In this document: one piece after another, positions 21,201 to 28,220 of the stretch
Layout of the letters: every line of letters starts with the position of its first letter
How positions within the stretch are numbered: the stretch's first letter is position 1
From: a virus
Taxonomy: Duplodnaviria; Caudoviricetes
IMG/VR virus record: IMGVR_UViG_3300013122_000005
Span: 1 to 54,403 of that record
Length of the DNA stretch: 54,403 nt
Strand: one strand, 5' to 3'
Translations under genes and position numbers: made by a program
The notes under the pieces: generated by a model
The model's input: only the letters and a program-made list of their open reading frames with translations
Database searches by the model: none
What the model was told of the DNA's origin: nothing

Positions 21201-24200
21201 ATCACTTCTGAACCCTATTTCAGGCATCGATAATATACCAAGAATATTTGCTTTATTCTCAATTATCATATCTGCAAATTGTTCATCCGTCATTTTACCT
21301 TTTAATGCATTATATAGTTCTCCTGACTTTGTTTTACTATTTACAGAAGATAATATTTCAAGTATATTTTTTTTCGAAACTTCTAATGTAATAGCATAAG
21401 GAAAAGACGATTGTTCCATAACTTCTCCATTCATAGAATAACCATTAAAAGTTCCTGATTTAACTTCTAATTGTATTAATGGATTATTATTTATTCCATC
21501 CAATAATAATTGCATTATTGCAAGATGTTTATTATTTATCGTTTTATTACCATCTTTATCTATATTCCATAATTTGAAATAATTTTTTATTGTTTTATTT
21601 ACAGGTATTAATTTAGATACATTACTTACAGGTATAGACATTCCTATATGCCAATTTTCTTTATCATATACTATTGCTGTTTGTATATGATAATCTACTT
21701 CTTTAACTTTTGAAGTTTCATAATTAGGTTTAAAATTATCTTGAAATTCCTGATAAGATACATATTCAATATTACCATCAGAATCTTGTGTCTCTACAGT
21801 ATTTATAACTTTTCCATTAATTATCTGTTTTGTAAATCCTTTTACACTAATATTATTATTATTCTTTTGGTTCCTATAAATGTTATTTATTTGTATTACC
21901 GGTTCATTTGTTTTATCATCTATCGAGGGATCAACATATCTTATATTATTAAAATATTCTTCTTTGGTAACTTCTTTATAATCATTTTCTTTCTGTAAAT
22001 CCGTTATACTACTATTTGCCTGTATTTTTTGTTCAGGGGATAGTATATATTCATCTCCAAAGTTTATGTCTATATGACCATTAGAAGGAAATGTATGAAT
22101 AGGTATAATCTTAATGTTATTTAACTTAAATCCTTTAGGTAACATGTTCATATAATAACCATACTTCTGTTTATCTGGTTCTGTTAATTCTTTCTTTTCT
22201 GAAAACATTGATGGAAAATCAATTATATCTACTAATATTGTCCCATCCTTTGTTATCCCTACTATTTCTATTCTAGGATTTGCTTGCACCTTGGTCCCAT
22301 CATTTAATTCTCCTGATAAAATAGAATTGCCTACAAATAATTTATTATTTAGATACGGACTTAATTCTTCACTAAATTGATTTAATATTTTATTAAGATA
22401 TATATCTACTTGTAGTTTTTCAATATCATCTATAGTTTTATCTTCAGTATTTATTCCTATAATACCATATGTTTTAATTTTATTATTTGCTATGTTATAT
22501 TCTAATTGTGCTTTATTAAGTTCTCTTATTAAATTTTCAAATATTTTTTTATCAGTATCTGTAAATTTACCTTTTGTTTCGAAATACCTATCTAGAATAC
22601 TTCTTATTAATTGACCTCTTATTTTATTAATAGGTGCCATAGAAGTTTTAGGATATTTTATATTTTCGGTTACATGTTGATAATCTTTTGCTGAAGTATT
22701 TTTTAATTTATTTATATTCTTATTCTTACTTAATTCTTCAGATTCACTAATTGTTAATGGATGATCGTTAATATTTGACTCTATATTAATTTCATCTGGA
22801 TTTTTAGGAGTAACAAATCTTATTTCGTCTATAAGTTCTTCTCTTGCTTTTTGTTTATTAAATAATACTTCATTGGTAACATCCCTATTTACTATTCTTT
22901 TTATAGAATTTTCTAATCCAGCAATCTCTTTTGGACTATTTACCTCTTTTGATACTCCTTCTTCACTTATCATCTCTAAATAAAGTATAGGTCTTGATAT
23001 AGCTGTTAATGCTGTTCTACCATTTGTTACTGCTTCTTTTTGATTTTCTTTAATATCAATATTATTGAATAATTCTATAGCAACATATGCTTTATAACAT
23101 TCTATTCCCGAGATCATATGATCAAGATCATTTTCATCATATTCACAGAATAATACATTATCTTTATAATCTTTTAATTTTCCAGATATTAGTGCTTCTC
23201 TATCCTCTCTTGTTCTTACAATAAGGTATATCCCTTTCCTATCAATAACAGAATCTTTAGATTCCATCTCTGCATAAAAATTATCTATTACTTTATCTAT
23301 TCTTTCATTTGATGTATTTCCACTTACATAACTCATACCTATTTTCCCATAAACAGGATGAATACAATATCTTGTTTCTAAAGGAACTAAAATAGTATTG
23401 ACATTTTCTGTTTTTGTTTGTGCCCTAAATAGACTTACGGTATTATATATTTGTGTTTGTAATGTTCTATATATCTGTGAAGCAGGAATTGTTCTTTCTC
23501 CAATAACTCTAACTGGATGATCTAATATATTTGTTCCTTTACTACTTATCTGTGCATCATCTTCAAGAAAAATATATGAAAAATTATCTTTTTTAATTTT
23601 TTGTAATTCTGTAATTTCATCTATGCTATAAACTGAACTCTCATCCATAATTGCAATATTAACATTATCTAATAATGCTAAATTATCTATTACGTCTTTA
23701 TAAATATGATCAGTTATAAATTTTATTTCTGGATATTTATCTTGTAATATTTTAATTATATTAGTGTATTCTTTTTGTAATTTATTATGTGTACCGGCAA
23801 TCATTACATTTACCGATTTATTCCCCTTTTTTTTATTTATCTCAGCTATAGTTCCTATTGTTGCTCTTAAAATTATAGTTGATTTCCCTGCACCAGCATA
23901 TCCTCTTAATATTATTCCATTTAAAATTCTATATGTCTCATGTAGAAATGGATCAGGATTTTTTTCATCATAATTCATAGGATTCATATGATGACTTACT
24001 AACTGTTGTACTATTATACGTTGTTCATAAGTCATTTTCTCTTCTGTAGTTCCTTCCATTGTCTTTTCATATGATTCCATTCCATTTAGAATATCTACTA
24101 TGGTTGGCGTGCCATTCCTACCCATTCTATTTACATTATTCATCCAGGTAACCATAGAATATATATAAAACTTCTGTTCCGATGTATTTTTGCCACTATT

Positions 24201-27200
24201 AAAATATGATTGACCAATAAGAAATTGTCCCAATGCACCACCAAACTTATCTAAATTCTTTCTATTAATAGAATCTTTTCCTTTAAAATCATCTAATAAA
24301 GAATAATTATATTCGTCTAACTTTTTAGCTCTTTCTATAAATTCTTTTATTACATTATCTAATTTACCTGATAGCTTATTTGCGATATTATTTATATTTA
24401 ATTCTAGTGCATTTAAATATACTTTAAGCAATTCTCTATTATATGCATCTTCTTTTATATCTGTTGTTTGTTTAGTGAATATACTTAATGTATCCTCTAA
24501 ATGTTTAATATCCGTATTAGTTATTTTTAATTTTTCCTTACCTGTCATAACTGAAATTATATCTACTATATTCTTTGTTTCAGTTATTTCCTTTCCATCT
24601 TTCCCTTTATAACTATAAGTTACTCCTTCAACAAAAGCTTTTTCTAAAATTTCTTTTAATTCTTTTTGTTCAGCAGTTAAATTTTTTAATGGTATACTAT
24701 TATAAATATCAGTTATAATTTGTAATTGATTATGAATATGATGTGTTTTATTAACATATTCATATTGTTGTTCGGTTAATCCTTTTATACTTAATCCTTC
24801 TTTTAAATTTATTAATCTTGCTTTATAATCTTCTATACTTTCAATAATATTATCTGCCTGATCTTTTGTTAATCTTAAATTAGGACTATTTAATAATGCT
24901 GAATGTTCTTTTTCTAAATTATTATTTAAAAACTTTTCTTGGTCTATTAAATTTAACTTTATATATAATTTAATATTATCAAGTAATCCGGATTCATTTT
25001 CATTTCCTAATAGTTCTTTTATCTTTAATTCAATACTAGTTGTATTACCTGACATAATTTCAGGATTCGCTAATAAAGATTCTAACCCTTTTATAAATTC
25101 TTCTATAGTCTCTACATGTCCTCCTTTATTATCTTCTATTATAGTAACCTTAGTATCACCATCAGCACTATATAATGCAGGATAATTTCCTACATAACCA
25201 TATTTATTATTTTCCTTATCATTTAAGAGAATTTCATTAATGTCTTTCTGAGTTAAATCTTCTTTAGTTAATTGTCTTGTAGGTTTATTCTCTAAATTAA
25301 TATTATCTAATGATAATATTTCTGATTTATCACCAACTACTTTTTCTAATTCATTAAATGCTTCCTTGTGTTTTATTATAGATTCTTGTAATAATTTATG
25401 TGTTTCTTCAGATATTAAATCACTATTTAAATTATTATTTGATGTTTTTACCTGTTCATTAATATATGATATCGAATCTAATAATCCCTGTGTAATAGCA
25501 CTATGTATTTTAGTTTCTTCTGGTGTCTTATCTTTTGACATACCAGCAAGTATATCTAATGATTGATTTATATTTGCAATATGTACATTTAATGAATTAA
25601 CAAGATCTCTACCTTCATTTTCAGCAATTCTTTTTAATTCATTAATATGATTTTCTATTATAAAATTATGTTTTGATTTATATTCATCAAATAATTCAAT
25701 AACCGAAGTATTACGTAATGATGACATAATATTAGCAACACCTTCACGTAACATTTCTATTCTTTGTTGAGGATCATATTTCTTCCCATTTTTCTCTTCT
25801 TTTGCATCAATCATTTTATTAACAGTAGAACTCCCAATTTCTTCTAAGTATGTTAATTTACGTTTATTTTTAGTGTAATTAATACTTGTCTTTCCATCTT
25901 TTACATAATCAGGATTATCTGGAGATAGTTGACCTTTTGGTGTAATATTATTTAATATAGTTTTTTCATTATCAGATATTATTTTTTCTAATTCCGCTAT
26001 CCTTTTACTATTATCTGTTTTCGTTGTTTTAGTGTCTTCTTTTAATGCATTTATCTCTTCTATACTATCATTATTTTCTTTCATTTTAATAAGAGTATTA
26101 GAAGTCAATGATTCATCATTCATTGCTCCTGCATATCTATCAATAAAGTCTTTCCCCTTGTCTTTATATAAAGAACGATAATAGTTTATTTCTTGAAGTG
26201 CATTTTCTTTTAATGCATCTGCCTGTGAAACTACTTTTTCTTTTGATTTATAATCTATGATATTACCATTTATATCAATATCTTTTCTAATACCATATTT
26301 TATTATTTCTTCATCTATCTTAGTATTTAATTCTTCTTCACTTATTTTCCCATCTTCTAATGCAATAGCTAATTTTGCTCTTGCTGTTTGTTGTGCATTA
26401 TGATTTGCTCTATTTCCTTTTACTAAACCAGACGTAAGAAACGAACTCCAAAATACTGCTGTATCTTCTAAAAAGTTAGTAGATGGTGTCATTAAATGTT
26501 TACCTTTATCTACATCAGCTGCAAATTTTTGTTCTTCTATTTCATCATTATAATCAACAGAACTAAGAATCTCTTTTCTCCCATTCTTTAATTTAGTATA
26601 TGTTCCATCTTTATTATCTTTATATGTAACTCCATTATAATAATCTTTTATATTTTCGGCCTTTATCTTTTGATATCCATTAAATAAATTTTGAATACCA
26701 TAATCCATTATATCTTCTGACCATTCTTCTTTTGTTTCTTCCCATCCTCCAATAGCACCTTTAGCTATAAATCCTTTAATACCTCCTAACTTTTCTGCCT
26801 TTATCAATGCATCTTCATTCCCTAATATTACTTTTTTAAACATCTGTTTACTAAACCATCTTTTAGTATTATTTGATACATTATTAGGTATATTACCAAA
26901 TGTTTCTTTTATACCATTAATAGGAATAGTTTTTGCTATATTTCTTCCCCACATTCCTTCTAATATATTAGGACCTATTAATTTCTCTGAAGCATATGTA
27001 GCTGCAAAAAATGGCCAATACCACATTGCTGCTGTTTCTCTATCTACACCTACATCTCTCATCTCTTGTGAATATTGTGCTGCTGCTTCTGATGCTCCTA
27101 TTGTTAATGATGTTTCAAGAGCTAATTTTGGTGCTAACTTTGCCAATTTAGGTATTAATGATGCTCCTTTAAATACTGCACCACCACCTACTATCATAGG

Positions 27201-28193
27201 TAATATTTGTCCTATCCCATTTCCTAATGAATACGCAAATGATTGTCCACTACTATATACTCCATTTTCATCATCATTTTTACCTTGAAATTTATTTCCG
27301 AAATTGACCATGGTTGATCTCATTCCATCAATAGAAGAATAAACTTTTTCTAAATCTACTTGATATCCTTCAGATGCTAATTTATTCCAATTTTTTAAAT
27401 AAACCATAGTATAAAGATCTGCTATATTTCCTACTAATTCGCCAATACCACTAGAAATTTGCATTACTCCACCTACTAATCCTTTTCCAAATCCTATGAC
27501 TTTATTATCAGATTCAAATGTTCTATCTCCAAATATTGATTGAATATTATCTGAATTTGCTATTTCATTATCTCCTAATTCTTTCCAATGGTATCCACTT
27601 AATATACCTTCTCCATTTACATCTTCTACTCTTTTAAAATTATTCATAGAATGTTTACTTACATTCTCTACAGGTAACCACATACCATCTTTGGTTTCTA
27701 TCATAGCATTTTTAGACGCTATCTGGTCAGGAGATAATGGTTGTACAGTTCCTCCAAAATAATTTTTATATACTGGACTTGAAGATACTGTTACCGGTTT
27801 TAATTTTGATTCATCTACAACATGATAATCATACATTCCCATCCTATTCATTGCAATGGCTGATTCAGGTGTTACATGAGGATGTTGTGAATCTTCATAT
27901 GCTAATGCCTTTTTAAAGTAATTCCAATTCTTTACAAGTTCATTATTTGTTTGTATAATTACTTGTGGATTTAATGTTTTAGGATCAACATTATTACGTT
28001 TATAAAAATCAGGAAGAGTTTCAAATTCTACAGGTGTATTAGTTCTTACAGAATATTGAAACATTTCTGATATATTATCTGAATTAAAATTATTTCTTAT
28101 TACATTTTCAGTAAAATTGATTGGTTTATTAGGTGTTTGTTCTACTGATGTATTTGATGTATTCGGATCCTGCACTGTATTAATTTCTACCAT
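12288..28193 (-). CDS. Giant virion polyprotein (5301 aa): hydrophobic N-region, SF1 helicase, degenerate PD-(D/E)xK fold, zincin protease, crAss-type two-barrel virion RNA polymerase
   Basis: Walker A GYAGAGKST (23877-23903), Walker B IMDESS, EDDAQ, QIYRT, TAISR; HEAVH (20037-20051)...LEYAA; KRAAGLTSPG, SAIKLG, RIPT (14721-14732) and GHDYDAD (DYDAD at 14604-14618). Confidence 0.88.
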   Translation of the reverse strand: MVEINTVQDPNTSNTSVEQTPNKPINFTENVIRNNFNSDNISEMFQYSVRTNTPVEFETLPDFYKRNNVDPKTLNPQVIIQTNNELVKNWNYFKKALAYEDSQHPHVTPESAIAMNRMGMYDYHVVDESKLKPVTVSSSPVYKNYFGGTVQPLSPDQIASKNAMIETKDGMWLPVENVSKHSMNNFKRVEDVNGEGILSGYHWKELGDNEIANSDNIQSIFGDRTFESDNKVIGFGKGLVGGVMQISSGIGELVGNIADLYTMVYLKNWNKLASEGYQVDLEKVYSSIDGMRSTMVNFGNKFQGKNDDENGVYSSGQSFAYSLGNGIGQILPMIVGGGAVFKGASLIPKLAKLAPKLALETSLTIGASEAAAQYSQEMRDVGVDRETAAMWYWPFFAATYASEKLIGPNILEGMWGRNIAKTIPINGIKETFGNIPNNVSNNTKRWFSKQMFKKVILGNEDALIKAEKLGGIKGFIAKGAIGGWEETKEEWSEDIMDYGIQNLFNGYQKIKAENIKDYYNGVTYKDNKDGTYTKLKNGRKEILSSVDYNDEIEEQKFAADVDKGKHLMTPSTNFLEDTAVFWSSFLTSGLVKGNRANHNAQQTARAKLAIALEDGKISEEELNTKIDEEIIKYGIRKDIDINGNIIDYKSKEKVVSQADALKENALQEINYYRSLYKDKGKDFIDRYAGAMNDESLTSNTLIKMKENNDSIEEINALKEDTKTTKTDNSKRIAELEKIISDNEKTILNNITPKGQLSPDNPDYVKDGKTSINYTKNKRKLTYLEEIGSSTVNKMIDAKEEKNGKKYDPQQRIEMLREGVANIMSSLRNTSVIELFDEYKSKHNFIIENHINELKRIAENEGRDLVNSLNVHIANINQSLDILAGMSKDKTPEETKIHSAITQGLLDSISYINEQVKTSNNNLNSDLISEETHKLLQESIIKHKEAFNELEKVVGDKSEILSLDNINLENKPTRQLTKEDLTQKDINEILLNDKENNKYGYVGNYPALYSADGDTKVTIIEDNKGGHVETIEEFIKGLESLLANPEIMSGNTTSIELKIKELLGNENESGLLDNIKLYIKLNLIDQEKFLNNNLEKEHSALLNSPNLRLTKDQADNIIESIEDYKARLINLKEGLSIKGLTEQQYEYVNKTHHIHNQLQIITDIYNSIPLKNLTAEQKELKEILEKAFVEGVTYSYKGKDGKEITETKNIVDIISVMTGKEKLKITNTDIKHLEDTLSIFTKQTTDIKEDAYNRELLKVYLNALELNINNIANKLSGKLDNVIKEFIERAKKLDEYNYSLLDDFKGKDSINRKNLDKFGGALGQFLIGQSYFNSGKNTSEQKFYIYSMVTWMNNVNRMGRNGTPTIVDILNGMESYEKTMEGTTEEKMTYEQRIIVQQLVSHHMNPMNYDEKNPDPFLHETYRILNGIILRGYAGAGKSTIILRATIGTIAEINKKKGNKSVNVMIAGTHNKLQKEYTNIIKILQDKYPEIKFITDHIYKDVIDNLALLDNVNIAIMDESSVYSIDEITELQKIKKDNFSYIFLEDDAQISSKGTNILDHPVRVIGERTIPASQIYRTLQTQIYNTVSLFRAQTKTENVNTILVPLETRYCIHPVYGKIGMSYVSGNTSNERIDKVIDNFYAEMESKDSVIDRKGIYLIVRTREDREALISGKLKDYKDNVLFCEYDENDLDHMISGIECYKAYVAIELFNNIDIKENQKEAVTNGRTALTAISRPILYLEMISEEGVSKEVNSPKEIAGLENSIKRIVNRDVTNEVLFNKQKAREELIDEIRFVTPKNPDEINIESNINDHPLTISESEELSKNKNINKLKNTSAKDYQHVTENIKYPKTSMAPINKIRGQLIRSILDRYFETKGKFTDTDKKIFENLIRELNKAQLEYNIANNKIKTYGIIGINTEDKTIDDIEKLQVDIYLNKILNQFSEELSPYLNNKLFVGNSILSGELNDGTKVQANPRIEIVGITKDGTILVDIIDFPSMFSEKKELTEPDKQKYGYYMNMLPKGFKLNNIKIIPIHTFPSNGHIDINFGDEYILSPEQKIQANSSITDLQKENDYKEVTKEEYFNNIRYVDPSIDDKTNEPVIQINNIYRNQKNNNNISVKGFTKQIINGKVINTVETQDSDGNIEYVSYQEFQDNFKPNYETSKVKEVDYHIQTAIVYDKENWHIGMSIPVSNVSKLIPVNKTIKNYFKLWNIDKDGNKTINNKHLAIMQLLLDGINNNPLIQLEVKSGTFNGYSMNGEVMEQSSFPYAITLEVSKKNILEILSSVNSKTKSGELYNALKGKMTDEQFADMIIENKANILGILSMPEIGFRSDNVMKMPESKIEEILQMDTRDNALKETIKYFDDKFISDFNTTTREQLKKLNISRVMMLFDMKNNNQQYTVRIEQTMSGRSKFSTNIKDRQSFETFENSLNEYGFHVVGEEVILRTQTAPAIFINIQKLGFKQEQVKLFSDEYTSESFAEDIINFKEQLKELKEQLKDGSIEYNRAMQLLENTDLYRLLISNTSTNLFKNRAFKNLFIIKEKTINSKNGKDLKINNIRIKGSNPIAKIDNLLTKILPKVKNYVNGVDHLYKNLIDNNGKIITKNAIVRSQYLSTPSFYFRINNKIEHNSTNSVHNEQIKIEEDDMALDKGITNSESVTFISEDENTDILSHILGNNNFNNLVKREGINSKLFGRLSNGIIYLFGDTNNVEEFSGRHEAVHLIMKHMLSPKAFNSVMDDIIKEMGEAYDGNIRSALEYAAYKLESQEIVKPTNLWQKFILWIRQLATNLLNKFGLYAPSLTAFAKSVREGVYANMDPIYDNSELTVNLDKIKIDKYNDELAQLHIQQVFGNSYNQNKVLYEVLIPKILQNSTLYWRMNYRNPSIKNESWISTGINRTLLNLKNSYKPDKEVTITSLDDKNNPVTITKKLGDMTKEDFETCIAYIEDGPDHIIKSLRGDKIESGNLYSFVQYAFYQMSFQEGENIQKTRRTAYIMLKKMLPEIDIDKFVNNIYVATKIGEGTIGQESMTKNLFSSLSSTLKIILSTIKLTNVDGTEVNKFDKKYASATAIHRILIDTAQILKSEGKEITFKNMISTMNDIVDNNKKYIGINNTDYQLYINSFLRALGNKGSIVGFNIDMYLSSGIYDVRGQGLYRMVEEKDLILQRLRKNLNLDDNTYWGENTEARDKMEERYKQTEQEVERRVNAANLVFAAIESAYSSTSINDYVTGEIKGKGIIKNNIESFNQVNTIKYNIKNNMLKTNLDESGFVKNIRKGDFFGDKKKYEVDKTGLYIITEKGEKIKIVNVPISILGNEFDNMSKNNFITQRKYMAYYNQIVNYLGVETNLEVTKSVFELTPGTASFGINMWVTMMAMKLNILLEKTGINKETDQLNGFEIGTEEYQEYKMLETVYTGYGYSMESMSATQNFGESQEEYEQFDLPKPTDAYSFFESFAEAFLYQQGGPVSTMLKNVEGEFQQVVHESNNYNDTIGLGSETYIKQSQNQLNTLIENGKEINSPFVFEGKLVNSPIYNGHMTISKSQIFGGLKNEWTGRKYISLTRHDLIKYTTESTLSYMLNSGKYLKSIPVINGVEADRNVKNMALISTSGQGNNQRTFVNIEKVWTRKGYQLKSISFNNDDIVNIIDDHVKLYSLLQQRSLTRWNKLLGKSYKTVNELQSNIGNVTLEQVRKLRLNSDYHIKNGKVILGNHTTLSFALNPEMEKFRYNNEFIEQWNNTKDVNEKIDLWWKAFNDDYSAYIDMISDVKYKIPEQLTILDKEVSQKVKDDLFKVILKHYDKSVKFTKNEDGTWTKLQKGSKTILTEEEYNIEQDLNDNITSLDDIHNIGTTNDLFTIMSIMQNNFYQLGKNQIELEGKEAKEVWKEIMPKIEAFKKEYEKILYKEYKNINQIGNPFLKMMFLSFHLYNETLSQLTRGNELSSKNIGDYIKRAAGLTSPGNASNANSKIGAGPIVTYLNIKDIGDSHPLYSLKYDSELNTNGLGFANPIIHELLRRQNGGIDGNIVKGIQKPMIFYYDPITDELRYIKLSIKPISKFEIDNFHLHKTIFKTMLGEKIGKIFENNYNNSRDWDKAVSETADHVSKEYIQQGIEHGMTGFIFHSSAIKLGQENQVVYGTTDGGEVTLDNAELSLTPEQISEYSSKLQMKYYRTQKVLNHDVEDSNRTLLVQMTKLIAIGTNNEDRANELNQILTDFVNIKKNQLQRLKTKEEILDFIKRLGYKSTRNSTQTGILVDQMNNPNISIQVKKNLAIQFLLSDINKALKPTLAGTEQTLTPMLGKVYDNNGKIYLAQDLRARGQKEVINDRFENNRQLKPLSVYRIVNDEINDQTEIVNKNDLLDINNNLIIPINELVIVPSEVICKFPYLKEFGLDNNQTLVDAMEVKGENLYQSGRERELAIKQGKRWTAKRLYDEIIEPKFGEYTYEQILSMLPDNERQRRTILRWGTKGKKIEDNKKQLLLSMAAYYQSLNDSLDLISARIPTGSVSSAIIERIVAFDNTMENGKYVSPKTALLTGHDYDADASQTYFRKIRTYQETELVSNSEKRVLQNRLFNLSYEYFTDPLNLKYLLQETSTSNIVEHAKNIDNSRVIAPNSIANDLSAMEENNTGKEMIGHGATAENGYATIMQLSNKKFIKDKYIALKDDFSIFKAIGASMEIINGATDTVKLGGAIGKLNIVPLTSLYQTGLILKGKDINEIITELKDDDIIKAIKIINSSKNISKNTRIDVDNNQSKIPIYQAFDQILKNPNKEKYDLVEKRNKIMKYKSLSDKKKTERINAINELISSLDIKIMNLSEKKTTSMAGEVIRRIASLSQMQQKIASNEWEFYKARLNIEKLLGMSIKTYLENKDIIKDKGSEEFIQKELFTDDIYDSEIRKELDGAQIVANHPLLNSYIELIDTTHEVLNEGITAYKYMQDETILNMIGQKKWMNETDFVKVSSAFDKIMWGDAISNIGIVNMKYQLRDIDIAENKKSFKKYNEIGEFDLSKSSDRQMLCMLFPSFVGILKTKYNQTNDFINGLNINSSLYQYVQYKNSIYFDEGIKSKKLAAFNKLSLQERQLFSIYQMLFFGNIYRNGTMNELIDNPYLQGISTILDNHNMKITNDIAKLIIIREGIGNMIEKKIPGILNTVTTFIGDKFTYYYDGKGNVVFEYENSWKDINIYNSKENLLSSYPPAPKQLTMGEKVRLSFSEDNENNKPYLLNEVTKMLSGWHGIYKENQEYESNNYRLFENAICELPTGVRVKVTTNGEYIFTVTKDLKNGRSRNDGKKIEDNVTKKDIQEMIDEGIIEESCS

Positions 28194-28220
28194 ATTCTTA
28201 TTATAATTTTATTATATGAT

